A stretch of 64,000 nt of DNA. Origin: a virus. Below the pieces are notes generated by a model. That model was not told the origin of the DNA. It saw only the letters and a list, made by a program, of their open reading frames with translations, and ran no database searches. The translations under genes and the position numbers were made by a program. Below, in pieces: positions 7,882 through 18,886 of this stretch. The stretch's first letter is position 1. Each line of letters opens with the position of its first letter. The DNA is taken from positions 1 through 64,000 of the IMG/VR virus record IMGVR_UViG_3300032053_000034. One strand, given 5' to 3'.

Positions 7882-8151
7882 ATGGCCACTGCAGATCAAT
7901 TACCCACACATAGAAGGGCAACTATTGCTGCAACCAAAAGTACTAATGACATAGTTAATGAGGCTTACCATAGACTAGGAGGCAAGTATAATCGTACACA
8001 GATTAGACAATGCTTTCTAGTCTATCTTGGTATATGTCAAATTGTATTGGCAGCAAGGAAGGTTTGCAATGTATTTAGCATCTTTAAGATGATAGCAAGC
8101 AGAGGTCACGTTAAAAAATGGTTTGGGTTAAATAGTAAGAAAGATGGCTAA
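7882..8151 (+). CDS. Small basic protein, possibly degenerate HU/IHF-like
   Basis: Size, basic charge, helix-helix-strand pattern; position before terminase. Confidence 0.45.
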   Translation: MATADQLPTHRRATIAATKSTNDIVNEAYHRLGGKYNRTQIRQCFLVYLGICQIVLAARKVCNVFSIFKMIASRGHVKKWFGLNSKKDG

Positions 8152-8680
8152 TTTGTTTGAGGTGGTCGACTCCACTGTTAAGATAAACTATAACCTTTTT
8201 GGTATAGATATATTCAGGGCAATATATGATAGAGACAATACTTCAAAGAAGGAGAAATCCTACAAGGAGTTTTGTTTTATTTTTTACATGGCTGACAGGA
8301 AAAGTCCATATTCAAGTTCTGACCCAGCAACCAAGCAGGCAGAGATTATGAAGTCTGTTGGCCTAAAAAACATTGATGATGTTGTCATTCAGTGTATGGA
8401 AAAGTACTTAGAGCTACAAGAAACATCCTCTTCAAGAATGTACTATCAGATTGAGAGAAGTAAGGATTCTCTTGCTACACTTCTTAAAGGAAAGAATGAT
8501 GCTGGACTTACAGAGAATGATCTTGACATGGTATTAAAACTTATTGATAAGTTTGCAAAGTTAGTGTCAGACTCAAATAAGATTAAAGACATTATTGATA
8601 AGGAATCAAATAATGTTGCAACAATTAAAGGTGGTGGTATAAAAGGAATATACGAAGATGGATTTCCCGAACATCTCTGA
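8144..8680 (+). CDS. Conserved packaging-region protein (candidate terminase small subunit)
   Basis: 'DRDNTSKKEKSYKEFCFIFYMAD..SPY' motif upstream of terL as in crAss-like phages. Confidence 0.55.
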   Translation: MANLFEVVDSTVKINYNLFGIDIFRAIYDRDNTSKKEKSYKEFCFIFYMADRKSPYSSSDPATKQAEIMKSVGLKNIDDVVIQCMEKYLELQETSSSRMYYQIERSKDSLATLLKGKNDAGLTENDLDMVLKLIDKFAKLVSDSNKIKDIIDKESNNVATIKGGGIKGIYEDGFPEHL

Positions 8681-8885
8681 CATAGTAATTGCTTACTCTA
8701 AATTAGCTCTTGTAAAGCTAGGAGGCAGGGCAACACCTATTGCACAGAATAGATATGCGATATGTATTTCTAATACCTGTGGTATATATGATGATAAAAC
8801 TGACAAGTGTAAAAATTGTGGTTGCTCATGCCAAGCATTAGCATACTCGCAAAAGAAGCCTTGTCCTAAAAACTTGTGGAGATGA
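8658..8885 (+). CDS. Small Cys-rich zinc-binding protein (DUF6171-like)
   Basis: R..IC...C......C..CGC.......CP.NLW. Confidence 0.65.
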   Translation: MDFPNISDIVIAYSKLALVKLGGRATPIAQNRYAICISNTCGIYDDKTDKCKNCGCSCQALAYSQKKPCPKNLWR

Positions 8886-10918
8886 GTAATCTTATAATAG
8901 GCCCTGATGATGGAGATGTTGATTTTGATGATCAGGCTGAAATTGTCCTGGTAAAGAATGTCCCATTATTTATCAGTAATCCAATACACTTTGTAAATAC
9001 ACTTTTATTCTCTGAAGCTGCTATTTTCTATAATAGAAATAAGTGCTATACACTTGCACCATCTGGAACACTTGCATATAAGCAATTCTGGGATGAAGAG
9101 GTAAGAAGGTGTAGAAAGGGATATACTGTTGGTGGGGTTACAATTACCGGTAGGCATTATTTTTACCTGAATTACTTTAGGATCAAGAAATTCAAAGAGG
9201 GTAGTAGAAATAAAAAGGAATATGGTTTTCCAGAGTTCTTTGATATGGATTACTATTACTTCCATGAAATAGATTTATGCCTACTTGAAGGTTTAGGTTT
9301 ATGCGTAGCCAAAGCTAGAAGAAAAGGTTTCTCATATAAGAATGCTTGCATAGGCCATTATGAATATATCTTTGAAAAGGAAAGTACCACTGTTGTAGGA
9401 GCTTATTTGGATGAGTATGCTCAGACTACTACAGAAATGATAAGTCATAATAATGACTTCTTAATGGGTATCACACCATTTGGTAGAATGAAAATCATAG
9501 ATAGAGCAGATTATTTTATGTCTGGCTATGAAGAGAATAAAGTTAAAAAAGGATTTGGTAGTGAGGTTTATACTATTTCATTTAGGAATAACTTCTCTGC
9601 ATCTATTGGTAAATCTTGTAGTATATTCTTATGGGAAGAAGCGGGTAAATTTCCCAATTTACTGCAGTCCTATGAGTTTACGCGGGATACCCTGATGGAT
9701 GGCTCTATGGCTGTTGGTTGTAATTTAATATTTGGTACAGGTGGTGACATGGCTTCTGGTGCTTCTGAAGGGTTTGAGGAAATGTTTTATAATCCACACA
9801 AGTATGGGCTTAGGGCCTATGATAGTCAGGCTTATGACACTGAAGATCCTCATCCATGTAGCGGCTACTTTGTTAATGACTTATGGATGATGAGACCTTT
9901 CTTTGATAAAGAAGGAAACTCTGATACTGCAACAGCCAAAAGAAAGAACTTGGCTGATAGGAAAATTAAGATGCAGGATGCTAAGAATAATAGTGGTCTT
10001 GATACTTACATGACACAACACCCTCTTACACCAGGGGAGGCTTTCTTAATAGCTATTGGGGCTTATTTTGACAATGCTCTCTTAATGAGACAGTTAAATA
10101 CACTCCTAACAAACAAACACTTATCCAGTTTTGGAGAGAAAGGGACTCTTGATCTTTTTAAAGATGTCCCAAGGTGGAAGCCAGATTCTACTTTAATGGA
10201 AGCTGAGTTTCCTTTCAATATAAACAATCAAAAGGGGTGCATAGTTATTTATGAGCATCCAGAGTATGTTAATGGAGAGGTTCCTTTTGGGCTATACTTA
10301 AGCTCAACTGACCCCTACATGCATGATGAAGCCAAGTCAAGTAACTCACTAGGCTCCACATTTATCTATAAAAAGTTCTTTAAGCAAGGCAAATCCTATG
10401 ATTGTATAGTAGCAGAATATACTGGTAGACCAGATACTTCTGATGAATACTATGAAACAGTAAGACTATTATTGCTATATTACAATGCAAAATGTTTATA
10501 CGAGAATCAATTCAAAGACATGAAAGGGTACTTTGAAAAAATGAATTGCTTGTATCTTCTTGCAAGACAACCAAGTATAATAAAAGATATTGTTCCAACA
10601 ACAGTTGTTAACAGAGGGTATGGAGTTCACATGCCTGTAGAAATGAAGCAATATGGAATTAATAAACTGAGAGCTTGGTTTAAAAAAGACAGAGGTGACG
10701 GAAAGACTAATACTGATGAAGTAATGAGTATCTTTGTTATTAAGGAAGCGTTGAAGTTTAATATGAAAGTAGGTAACTTTGATAGAATATCTTCTCTTCT
10801 TATATTGATGATTTTCATAGAAGAGACGTATAAGATTGTTGTTGAGAATAATGAAGAAGAATCAAGAAAAGGTTACTTTGATAAACTCTTTGAAAATACA
10901 TACTCTAAAAAAAGATAA
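8876..10918 (+). CDS. terL: Terminase large subunit
   Basis: ITGRHYFYLNY, Walker A KARRKGFSY, Walker B WEEAG, GTGG, nuclease DPY..D and NFDRIS; crAss-type. Confidence 0.95.
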   Translation: MEMSNLIIGPDDGDVDFDDQAEIVLVKNVPLFISNPIHFVNTLLFSEAAIFYNRNKCYTLAPSGTLAYKQFWDEEVRRCRKGYTVGGVTITGRHYFYLNYFRIKKFKEGSRNKKEYGFPEFFDMDYYYFHEIDLCLLEGLGLCVAKARRKGFSYKNACIGHYEYIFEKESTTVVGAYLDEYAQTTTEMISHNNDFLMGITPFGRMKIIDRADYFMSGYEENKVKKGFGSEVYTISFRNNFSASIGKSCSIFLWEEAGKFPNLLQSYEFTRDTLMDGSMAVGCNLIFGTGGDMASGASEGFEEMFYNPHKYGLRAYDSQAYDTEDPHPCSGYFVNDLWMMRPFFDKEGNSDTATAKRKNLADRKIKMQDAKNNSGLDTYMTQHPLTPGEAFLIAIGAYFDNALLMRQLNTLLTNKHLSSFGEKGTLDLFKDVPRWKPDSTLMEAEFPFNINNQKGCIVIYEHPEYVNGEVPFGLYLSSTDPYMHDEAKSSNSLGSTFIYKKFFKQGKSYDCIVAEYTGRPDTSDEYYETVRLLLLYYNAKCLYENQFKDMKGYFEKMNCLYLLARQPSIIKDIVPTTVVNRGYGVHMPVEMKQYGINKLRAWFKKDRGDGKTNTDEVMSIFVIKEALKFNMKVGNFDRISSLLILMIFIEETYKIVVENNEEESRKGYFDKLFENTYSKKR

Positions 10919-10920
10919 CT

Positions 10921-11247
10921 ATGCCAATTCCTGTACAGCCTGATGGCTTAATTAGAAGACCGCCAGCAGTGGGCTCTGTTGAGAAAGTTTTATATGACAT
11001 TCTTGATCAGTTTTTCACACAATCAAATTACATTGCTGGATACATGCCTGCTGGTATTGACCAGGCTGGTGATCCATCATACTTTGGATTCTTTAACCCA
11101 TCTGGACATTACTATATTCAGAAGGTAAATGAAGCAACTGGACTTGTAACCTATTATGTAGGTAAAGATTCAGATAATTTTGCAACAGATTGGGCCAATA
11201 GAGCTGCGTTAGTATATGTTGATTCTTATCTTTTAAACTTCATGTAA
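10921..11247 (+). CDS. Small virion accessory protein (adaptor for the following fibre-like protein)
   Basis: YFGF....G.YYIQK...TYYVG.....W.NRA.L.Y pattern of small phage structural proteins. Confidence 0.55.
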   Translation: MPIPVQPDGLIRRPPAVGSVEKVLYDILDQFFTQSNYIAGYMPAGIDQAGDPSYFGFFNPSGHYYIQKVNEATGLVTYYVGKDSDNFATDWANRAALVYVDSYLLNFM

Positions 11248-11249
11248 TC

Positions 11250-12692
11250 ATGCCATATAGATTTAATCCATTCACAAAGAAGCTAGATTATTATGGTGGC
11301 AGTGGCCCAGCTCCAACACCACTTAGTGGGATTGGTGTTACTACTGGTATTGTATCTGGAGGTATACTTTCTGCTGGTATTGCTGGTACATTTAATTTAA
11401 CAGCACTTACAGGGGCGGTAAGAAATCGCATTACAGGAGTGGTAACTCCAGTTACTGCAGGGCCATTTACAAATATTCCAATAATAAATCTTATTGGTGC
11501 AGATTATTCTTTTATAAAAATTACACCGGCAGGAGGAATACTTCAACAAGTAACCACATTTACCGCTTCTGATTATGAAGGGTTTATTTGTATTGGATAT
11601 ATTGCACACCCAAATCACACATCGGTTACATCATCTGGCAGTATAGTTAATCAAATTAACTATGCAAACATGGGGGCAAGAAATCTTGGAGCTGCCATAG
11701 GTGATTTTAATGTTGAGGGTAATATATTTGCTGCAAATGGTACACTTTTAACCATAAATATTTCATCAGGAACTATTTATTCCTATGGTGCAGGATGGGA
11801 TGGATTAACAGCAAGTGCAGATACTATTCCGTTGACATCTAAGATAGCCCCAAGCTTTTATAGGTCACTAAGAAATGATACATTTACAGTGTCAACAAGT
11901 GTTGATACATTAAATTATGATAATGCAGGTGTGCTTACGGCAATACCTGTTGGGAATAAATGGGTTGCTCATTTGTGCTCTGTACTGCCAGATCAGTCTG
12001 CAATAATGCAATATGGGCAAACTGTTTACAATAGCTTTCAGGAAGCTAAAGTAGGAGTTTCAAGTGATACATTTATAGCTTCCCCAACAAGTACTCTTGC
12101 GGTAAGAAGATACTTCTTAATAGTAAAACAAGGAACAACAAACCTTGCAACAGCCATATCTGCTGGTGATGCATTATTTCAACAACTTGATAAGTTTGGT
12201 TCTATTGGTGCTGGTGTTGGTGGATCTGTAATTCCGCCAACAATAAGTGTTATTGAAGATTGCCCAGTATCTTTAGTACAGTCTAGTAATACATCTGTAA
12301 ATATAATTTTAATAACAAAAATTGTAGCTGCTGCATCATTAACTGTAACAAAGATATACTTCTTTGCCACTAGTGTAGCTGCTGGTGATACAATAATGGT
12401 TGGAATATATGACACCACTGGAGCAACGCTTCACACACAAGGGCAAATATTATCAGCATCAATTGTGGTTGGCTATAATGTTGTATCTGTTCCAGCATTT
12501 ACTTTGGTTTCCGGGACTGTTTATAGGGTTGCATTAAAAGGTGTTACTGGGGCGGTAAACTTTGCCGCATATACAAGTCTTGGAAATGCATTAATAACAT
12601 CATCTTTATTCAATGGTGCAGGAACATTACCAGCATCAACTGCTGCATCAACTGCAGCCACAACTGCCCCTTATATTGCTATTGGGGTATAA
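11250..12692 (+). CDS. Fibre/decoration-like virion protein with FNPF N-terminal motif
   Basis: MPYRFNPFTKKLD start; G/T/A/S-rich beta composition; C-terminal beta-sandwich. Confidence 0.6.
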   Translation: MPYRFNPFTKKLDYYGGSGPAPTPLSGIGVTTGIVSGGILSAGIAGTFNLTALTGAVRNRITGVVTPVTAGPFTNIPIINLIGADYSFIKITPAGGILQQVTTFTASDYEGFICIGYIAHPNHTSVTSSGSIVNQINYANMGARNLGAAIGDFNVEGNIFAANGTLLTINISSGTIYSYGAGWDGLTASADTIPLTSKIAPSFYRSLRNDTFTVSTSVDTLNYDNAGVLTAIPVGNKWVAHLCSVLPDQSAIMQYGQTVYNSFQEAKVGVSSDTFIASPTSTLAVRRYFLIVKQGTTNLATAISAGDALFQQLDKFGSIGAGVGGSVIPPTISVIEDCPVSLVQSSNTSVNIILITKIVAAASLTVTKIYFFATSVAAGDTIMVGIYDTTGATLHTQGQILSASIVVGYNVVSVPAFTLVSGTVYRVALKGVTGAVNFAAYTSLGNALITSSLFNGAGTLPASTAASTAATTAPYIAIGV

Positions 12693-12714
12693 TTAATAGT
12701 TAAATTAAAAGGAT

Positions 12715-15165
12715 ATGTCTTCAGGGTTTCCAAGTCAGAAATTGACCATAAGTGAAAGAATCAGTAAGTATGGCTCACTAGAGGAATTTGCAAAACAGAT
12801 GCTCACATCTGTGGAGGGGATTGCTGGGCTTACCTATGGAACACTTAATGATATAAATTATCAAAGAAGTATCCTGAAGGATCTTACAAATGGGAAACTA
12901 AACAATAGAGATATTGAATATGTCCTTAAGCCTTATGGAGAGATGACTCCTAATGCCCAAGCAGAAATGAGATATTATGATAGGCTTTCCTCTAAGCTTC
13001 ATACTCTTTTTGGTGATGAAATTAAAAGGCCATTTGTATTTAGAGCTACACCTATTGATGCAACATCTTTAACAACTATTCAAAGGGAAAAAACCGAAGA
13101 GGTGTTGAAGATGTTTGATAAATATATTCAAGCTCAAATGGATGAAGCTGCAGCTAAGAATCCACCTCCTCCACCACAACCAGGAGAACAACCACCTCCA
13201 CCACAAGATCCACGCAAGTTTAATGAGTATGTTAATACTAATTATAAGTGCCAAAGAGAGATTGTGGCTAATAAATCCATGCAATATCTTATGGAGCAAC
13301 TAAAGCTCAAGGATATGTTTAATGATGGATTTCAAGATTTATACACCACTGGTGATGATATTTATTTTACTGGAATAAGAAATGGAGAGCCTGTGGCAAG
13401 GCGCGTAAATCCATTTAACTTTTACTATGATCAGTCTTCTGAGGTTAAATACATAGAAGATTCTTCATGGGCAATGGAATACAGATGGATCCCTGCATCT
13501 AAAGTGTATGATGAATTTGGTGATGTTCTTACCGATAATCAGATTCAGTATGTTGAGAATTTGAAGGGAAGTTTAAATCAAATGATGGGTTATGGCGGAA
13601 CTACAGCGAATATCAATTATGATGAAACTCTTGGTTCTTTTAGAAATAATAGTGATTATGGTTTTAATATTAACTCAAACACAATAATCAAGGTTACTCA
13701 CTTTGTATGGAAGTCTCTTGCAAAGGTTGGCTTTGTCAAGTACTATGATGAGGAGTCTGCGCAGGAGCTTGAAAAAATGGTTGATGATACTTATAAAAAA
13801 CAACCAGATGATATTGAAATTAATTGGGAATGGATAAACCAAACATGGGAAGTAACCAGAATTGGTCAAGATGTTTTCATTGAAGCAAAACCAAGAATAC
13901 AGCAATACAGAACTATTGACAATCCTCAGAAAACAAGATTGCCATATACCGGTGTTTCCAATATGAAGTACTCAGTGGTAAATCGTGTTAAGGAAATGAT
14001 TTATCTGTATTGCATTTACATGTATAGGCTTGAGATAGAGGTTTCAAAAGCTTCGGGTAAAGTCTTGCTTTTTGATGTTGCCCAAATACCAAGGTCAGAA
14101 GGTTTTGATATGGAGAAATGGCTTTACTATCTTAAGTCAATGGGTATTGCATTTATCAACTCTTTTGAAGAGGGTAAGCGCGGAACCAGTGCTGGTCAGC
14201 TTTCAAGGTTTAATCAATTTAATTCTATTGACTTAACATTAAGTGCATCCATAAATCAGTATATCGGAATCTTAGACAAATTGGATGCTCTTATTACAGA
14301 TATTATTGGTATATCTCCACAAAGACAAGGACAGCTTTCTCAGTATAATGGAGCTCAGGCAACTGAGATGGCAGTAGATGGATCTAATTCTGTTACTGAA
14401 TATCTGTACTACACCCACAATGAATGTAAGAGAAGGGTAATGACAAACCTTCTTGAAGAGGCTAAGTATGCATGGAAGAAGGGTAAGAAGGGTAAAATTG
14501 TACTAGATGACTTATCTGAAATTATTCTTGATTTAGATAAGGATGAACTTATAGATGCTGACTATGGTGTTTTCATTACCAACTCTGGTAAGGATATTAA
14601 ATCTAAACAGTTACTTGAACAATATGCTTCTAATGCTATGGCTAATAACCAGGCTAGTTTGGCAGACGTATTAAGAGTTATAAACACTGATAGTATTTCT
14701 GATTCCATCAGAATACTTGAATTGTCAAGAACTAAACTAGCTCAAGAGGCTCAGCAAAATGCATTACAACAACAAGAACAGCAACATCAAAACCAAATGC
14801 AGATTGAGCAATTCAAGGATCAAGCCCTTGATAAACAAAGAGCATTTGAGGCAGAGCAGAATCAGCTTGACAGGGACATGGAAATCAGAAAAACAGAAAT
14901 TACATCCCTTGGCTTTGCATCAGCAACACCAACAGACACTGATGATAAGAGAATCATTGAAGAGGCCAAAAATGGAATTGCTGAACTTAAGATTGCTTCT
15001 GATGTTTCTATTAAAAAAGCTGAACTTGGTTTAAAAAGTAAAGAGATAGATATGAAATCTTCAAGTGAACTTGCTAAATTGCAAGTAGAAAGAGAAAACA
15101 TGGCTAACGATATAAAGGTTGCAGAGATAAATAAGCAGGGTAGACAAAATAACTCTAAGAAATAA
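12715..15165 (+). CDS. Portal protein
   Basis: 816 aa, FPSQKL start, L.G.EIKRPF, GISPQRQG, C-terminal coiled coil; synteny terL-portal-MCP. Confidence 0.92.
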   Translation: MSSGFPSQKLTISERISKYGSLEEFAKQMLTSVEGIAGLTYGTLNDINYQRSILKDLTNGKLNNRDIEYVLKPYGEMTPNAQAEMRYYDRLSSKLHTLFGDEIKRPFVFRATPIDATSLTTIQREKTEEVLKMFDKYIQAQMDEAAAKNPPPPPQPGEQPPPPQDPRKFNEYVNTNYKCQREIVANKSMQYLMEQLKLKDMFNDGFQDLYTTGDDIYFTGIRNGEPVARRVNPFNFYYDQSSEVKYIEDSSWAMEYRWIPASKVYDEFGDVLTDNQIQYVENLKGSLNQMMGYGGTTANINYDETLGSFRNNSDYGFNINSNTIIKVTHFVWKSLAKVGFVKYYDEESAQELEKMVDDTYKKQPDDIEINWEWINQTWEVTRIGQDVFIEAKPRIQQYRTIDNPQKTRLPYTGVSNMKYSVVNRVKEMIYLYCIYMYRLEIEVSKASGKVLLFDVAQIPRSEGFDMEKWLYYLKSMGIAFINSFEEGKRGTSAGQLSRFNQFNSIDLTLSASINQYIGILDKLDALITDIIGISPQRQGQLSQYNGAQATEMAVDGSNSVTEYLYYTHNECKRRVMTNLLEEAKYAWKKGKKGKIVLDDLSEIILDLDKDELIDADYGVFITNSGKDIKSKQLLEQYASNAMANNQASLADVLRVINTDSISDSIRILELSRTKLAQEAQQNALQQQEQQHQNQMQIEQFKDQALDKQRAFEAEQNQLDRDMEIRKTEITSLGFASATPTDTDDKRIIEEAKNGIAELKIASDVSIKKAELGLKSKEIDMKSSSELAKLQVERENMANDIKVAEINKQGRQNNSKK

Positions 15166-15170
15166 TAGTC

Positions 15171-16211
15171 ATGCCAGATCCTAAAAAGAAGGTTGTAAAA
15201 GATCCACAAGCAGAAGCTAAGGCTAGGATAGCAAGAGAAGCTCAAGAGTCCATTGATAGACAAAAGTCTAAGGTGAACTCTGAGAGTGCTGTTATGCAAA
15301 AGGCTCTTGCTGGTTTGAAAAATACACACAATGCAAAGTTACCTTCTGCGCCACAGGTTAAGAAAGGTCTTGAGCATGCTGCTTATATTAATCAAACTGA
15401 AAAAAATAAAGCACAGAGAGAATTAAAGCAGCAAAATGCCATTGTTTTTCCAACTAAAAAGGAAATGGAGGATGAGGCTTATGCTTCTAATCATAAAGCT
15501 GAAACACAGAAATTCTACAAAGAAGAGTATGATAAGAAAATAGAAAAAGAAAAAGAAGCAAGCCCAATTTATCACCCTTATGACAATGTTGTTGCGCCAG
15601 CTTTGGAAAAAATTATTGGTGAGAAAGGATTAAAAGCCACAGAGAAAATAGCAGGAAATCCTGCAGTTCAATCTGCCCTATTTGCAATGTTTTCAAAAGG
15701 GAAAGGGATGGGTAATAAGGTTCCTTATGCCCCTAAGCTGCCAGCGCCAAAAGTGGCATTTAATAAAGTAAAAGATTTTGGCCAAGGTACTGTAGGAAAT
15801 AAAATATATTCTGATGCAGGGCCTATAGAAGGAAAGTCTCCAGAATTTAATGCAGCTAGGAATTTTGGCAGGAAACTTGTTGAAAATCCAATCACAAAAC
15901 CACTTGCTGTTGGTACAGAAGCTACAATTAGACATGGTAAAAATGTCATTGGGTATCCTGGAAAACTAGTTGGTAAAGCTGCAAAAACTATAATGAACAA
16001 TAAAAAAAACTCAGCTATCATTGGTGGTGCTGGTGCTTATTTTCTAGGAAGAGCAGCGTCATATGATATTGGGGATCTTCCTGAAGATGATAATAGTAAA
16101 AACAAAAGCAAAGCACAAAGAGATAGTACTATGGCTAGGATTCAAAAAGAGTTGATGAATAGACAGTATATTGATAGTCTTGATAATCCAGAGAAGTACA
16201 AAGTTAAATAG
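15171..16211 (+). CDS. Basic putative internal/cargo protein with hydrophobic segment
   Basis: Lys-rich, 'AIIGGAGAYFLG' segment; between portal and scaffold. Confidence 0.55.
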   Translation: MPDPKKKVVKDPQAEAKARIAREAQESIDRQKSKVNSESAVMQKALAGLKNTHNAKLPSAPQVKKGLEHAAYINQTEKNKAQRELKQQNAIVFPTKKEMEDEAYASNHKAETQKFYKEEYDKKIEKEKEASPIYHPYDNVVAPALEKIIGEKGLKATEKIAGNPAVQSALFAMFSKGKGMGNKVPYAPKLPAPKVAFNKVKDFGQGTVGNKIYSDAGPIEGKSPEFNAARNFGRKLVENPITKPLAVGTEATIRHGKNVIGYPGKLVGKAAKTIMNNKKNSAIIGGAGAYFLGRAASYDIGDLPEDDNSKNKSKAQRDSTMARIQKELMNRQYIDSLDNPEKYKVK

Positions 16212-16227
16212 TTAAATAGAAGATAAG

Positions 16228-17388
16228 ATGAGCGATTTACCAAAAGAAGAAATTGGAAACGGAGAGTTTCTAAAGTCAAAAGCAATAACAGTTGATGGAT
16301 TCTTTGACGAGGGTGAGAACCAATTCCAAATGGAAGAAGTTGCATCTAAAGCAATTACACCAGAACCTGTAAAAGAAATTGCCGTTATTAAAGATAAAGG
16401 TGGTGATACTCCTCCTGAGTTTGGTGATAAAGCAGATGCGCCAAAGCCTGAGGTAAAACCTGAAGAGGATAATGAAGAAAAGAAAACATTCTTTGGTGAT
16501 GAACCTGGAGAAGAGGTAAATGCAGATGGCTTTAGTGTTCTTCCTATTATTGAGGTTATTCATGATAAGTTTGGATGGGACTTTGACGCAGATGCCTTTA
16601 AAGGGGCAGACCTTTCAAATGTTGATACTCTTACTGATTACATTACAAATATTATTGAAGAAAATTCTAAGCCAGAGTATGCCAATAATATTTCTGAAAG
16701 CTTTGATCAGTATTTAAGAAATGGCGGAAGGCCTGAGCAATTCTTAGAAAACTATAACTCAGAAACAGACTATACTGTTATAGATCTTGAGGATGAAAAC
16801 AACTTAAGAATGCTTGGTGTAGAGTATTACACAAAGACTGGGCAATCAGTTGAGGAGGCTGAGGAAACAGTAAAAGATTTGGAAGAATCAAATGCTCTTG
16901 CTAAGTTAGCTCCAAAGTTTGTAAAGCAATTAGACTCTTGGCAAAAGAGTGAGTCTGCGGCAAATGAAAAAGCAAGGCTTGATGCATTAAAAAGTGATTA
17001 TGAAGCTTCTGAAAAAGCTCTTGAAAATACCTACAACACCATCCAATCTAAAGATGAGATAGCTGGTTTACCATTTAAGAACAAGGCAGATAAGGATAAG
17101 TTTTTTGAGTTTGCTTATGTTCCTGATAAGAAGGGAGAAACAGCATATCAGAAAATGTTTAAGGCTGATCCAGAAATGGAACTTAAAATGCTTATGTTTG
17201 CGTATAGAGGTATTAGTAAGGAAAAGATATTAGCAATGTCTACAGATAAGGCTACCAAAGATCTAAGAGTAAACTTAGAGAAGTTTACAGATTCTCAATC
17301 TAAACATACTTCTTCTCTTAATAAAGATGGGAAGAGTAAGAGGTTAGCTCCTGAAGACTTTAATGCTAATGACTGGATTATGGAATAG
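16228..17388 (+). CDS. Acidic scaffold-like protein
   Basis: Highly acidic, helical, immediately upstream of MCP as in Crassvirales. Confidence 0.7.
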   Translation: MSDLPKEEIGNGEFLKSKAITVDGFFDEGENQFQMEEVASKAITPEPVKEIAVIKDKGGDTPPEFGDKADAPKPEVKPEEDNEEKKTFFGDEPGEEVNADGFSVLPIIEVIHDKFGWDFDADAFKGADLSNVDTLTDYITNIIEENSKPEYANNISESFDQYLRNGGRPEQFLENYNSETDYTVIDLEDENNLRMLGVEYYTKTGQSVEEAEETVKDLEESNALAKLAPKFVKQLDSWQKSESAANEKARLDALKSDYEASEKALENTYNTIQSKDEIAGLPFKNKADKDKFFEFAYVPDKKGETAYQKMFKADPEMELKMLMFAYRGISKEKILAMSTDKATKDLRVNLEKFTDSQSKHTSSLNKDGKSKRLAPEDFNANDWIME

Positions 17389-17426
17389 TAACTTTAAATT
17401 TTATATATAAAAAACAATAAGGAATC

Positions 17427-18878
17427 ATGGCAATTGATAAGATCAACAAACTGCAATGGCATAAGGTTAAAATCACTGATGGTAGCTTTACGGATAGCAA
17501 CTCATTAGCAACTAACCTGCTAACAAAACCAGAGATTTACAATACTCTTGCTTACGCAATGGGTGATAAATTCTTTACATCATTCCTTACTGCTGGTACA
17601 GGTAGAATTGCAAAGAATTACAAATCTCTTGGCAATGCCGAGTATATGTGGCCTTTAATGGGTGACATTACTAAACCAATCCAAATATCCGATGACCCAA
17701 CACCAGGTAATAAGGGAGCTGGCTTTGTGCCTTTCCAAATTGTCTTGGCTGAAAAATACTTCTTTGAAGGTTGTATTGTCAGATTTGAATCTGGTATTCA
17801 AGCAAGGGTACAATTAGAGCCTGTACAATTAGGTTCTGGATGGTTACACACTTGTGTAATTGTTGATAATGACCCAGCAGTTTTTATTCCTGCAGCTGAT
17901 ACAGTTGTTGGTAAGTTGGTAGCAATGTTCTACACAGCTTATGAAGAAGGGTCTAAAGGCGGTGGATCATTTGAAGCTTACCCAATGTGGTTCCAAAACC
18001 AAATGACTACTTTGCGTATGTCTTATGGTATGACTGGTTCTGCTGCAACAGATGTTATGGTGCTTGAAATGGGTAAAGAGTCAGGTAAGAAATCTTACAT
18101 GTGGCTTTATGCTTCTGAGTATCAGAAAATGATGTTGTGGGAACAACAAATGGAATATTACAGATTCTATGGTAAGTTCAACAAATTGTCAAGTGGTGAG
18201 ATTCCATTACAAGGAACTAATGGTAGACCTGTAAGAATTGGTGCTGGTATTTTAGACCAAATTGCTTCTGCAAACACTTGGAACTACAATACACTTACCA
18301 CTGACTTTTTTAATGATTTCTTGACTACTTTGCAAATTGCTTCTAGAGATGCTGAGAATAAGAAATTGATCATGGTAACTGGTGCTGCTGGTATGCAATC
18401 ATTCTCAAAAGCAATTCTTCAAGAGTACAAAAACTATCAAATTGTGGATACAACTTTCACTACCAAGTCAAATGGTAAGTTGAAATTTGAAAACCAAAAC
18501 TGGAGAACATACACAGGCTTGCTTGGTACTGAGCTTACAGTGGTTTACAACCCAATGTTTGATGACAAAACTAAGTTCACAACCATTGATCCACAAACAG
18601 GATATACTAAAGAGTCTTCAAGAATGGTATTCTTAGACTTCTCTGATTATGCAAATGAGCCAAACATCTCTATGGTGACTAAAGGCGCAGATGGTAGAAA
18701 CAGAAGTATGTTAATGTGGTACACTGCAGGTTCTACTTCACCTGAACCTGGTCAAGATTCTGGTGTTAGTAAAACATTAAGATCATCTTCTTTTGATGGT
18801 TTTGAATGTCACTTCTTATCTGAACAAGGTATCAAGGTAACTAACCCATTAGCTTGTGGTCAATTGATCAGAGCATAA
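17427..18878 (+). CDS. Major capsid protein
   Basis: 483 aa; TDSNSL..NL, NQMTTLR, G.GILDQI, TG..G, SSFDG...HFL...GI...NP; followed by a strong terminator. Confidence 0.92.
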   Translation: MAIDKINKLQWHKVKITDGSFTDSNSLATNLLTKPEIYNTLAYAMGDKFFTSFLTAGTGRIAKNYKSLGNAEYMWPLMGDITKPIQISDDPTPGNKGAGFVPFQIVLAEKYFFEGCIVRFESGIQARVQLEPVQLGSGWLHTCVIVDNDPAVFIPAADTVVGKLVAMFYTAYEEGSKGGGSFEAYPMWFQNQMTTLRMSYGMTGSAATDVMVLEMGKESGKKSYMWLYASEYQKMMLWEQQMEYYRFYGKFNKLSSGEIPLQGTNGRPVRIGAGILDQIASANTWNYNTLTTDFFNDFLTTLQIASRDAENKKLIMVTGAAGMQSFSKAILQEYKNYQIVDTTFTTKSNGKLKFENQNWRTYTGLLGTELTVVYNPMFDDKTKFTTIDPQTGYTKESSRMVFLDFSDYANEPNISMVTKGADGRNRSMLMWYTAGSTSPEPGQDSGVSKTLRSSSFDGFECHFLSEQGIKVTNPLACGQLIRA

Positions 18879-18886
18879 ATTAAACT

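Noticed and set aside
8876-10918. Intein or group I intron in terminase or other core genes
   Set aside because: Terminase, portal and MCP are of normal length and uninterrupted; no LAGLIDADG/HNH or intein end motifs were recognised
13159-13210. CCA/CCT-rich repeat in the portal gene
   Set aside because: Encodes an in-frame Pro/Gln linker, not a separate DNA element
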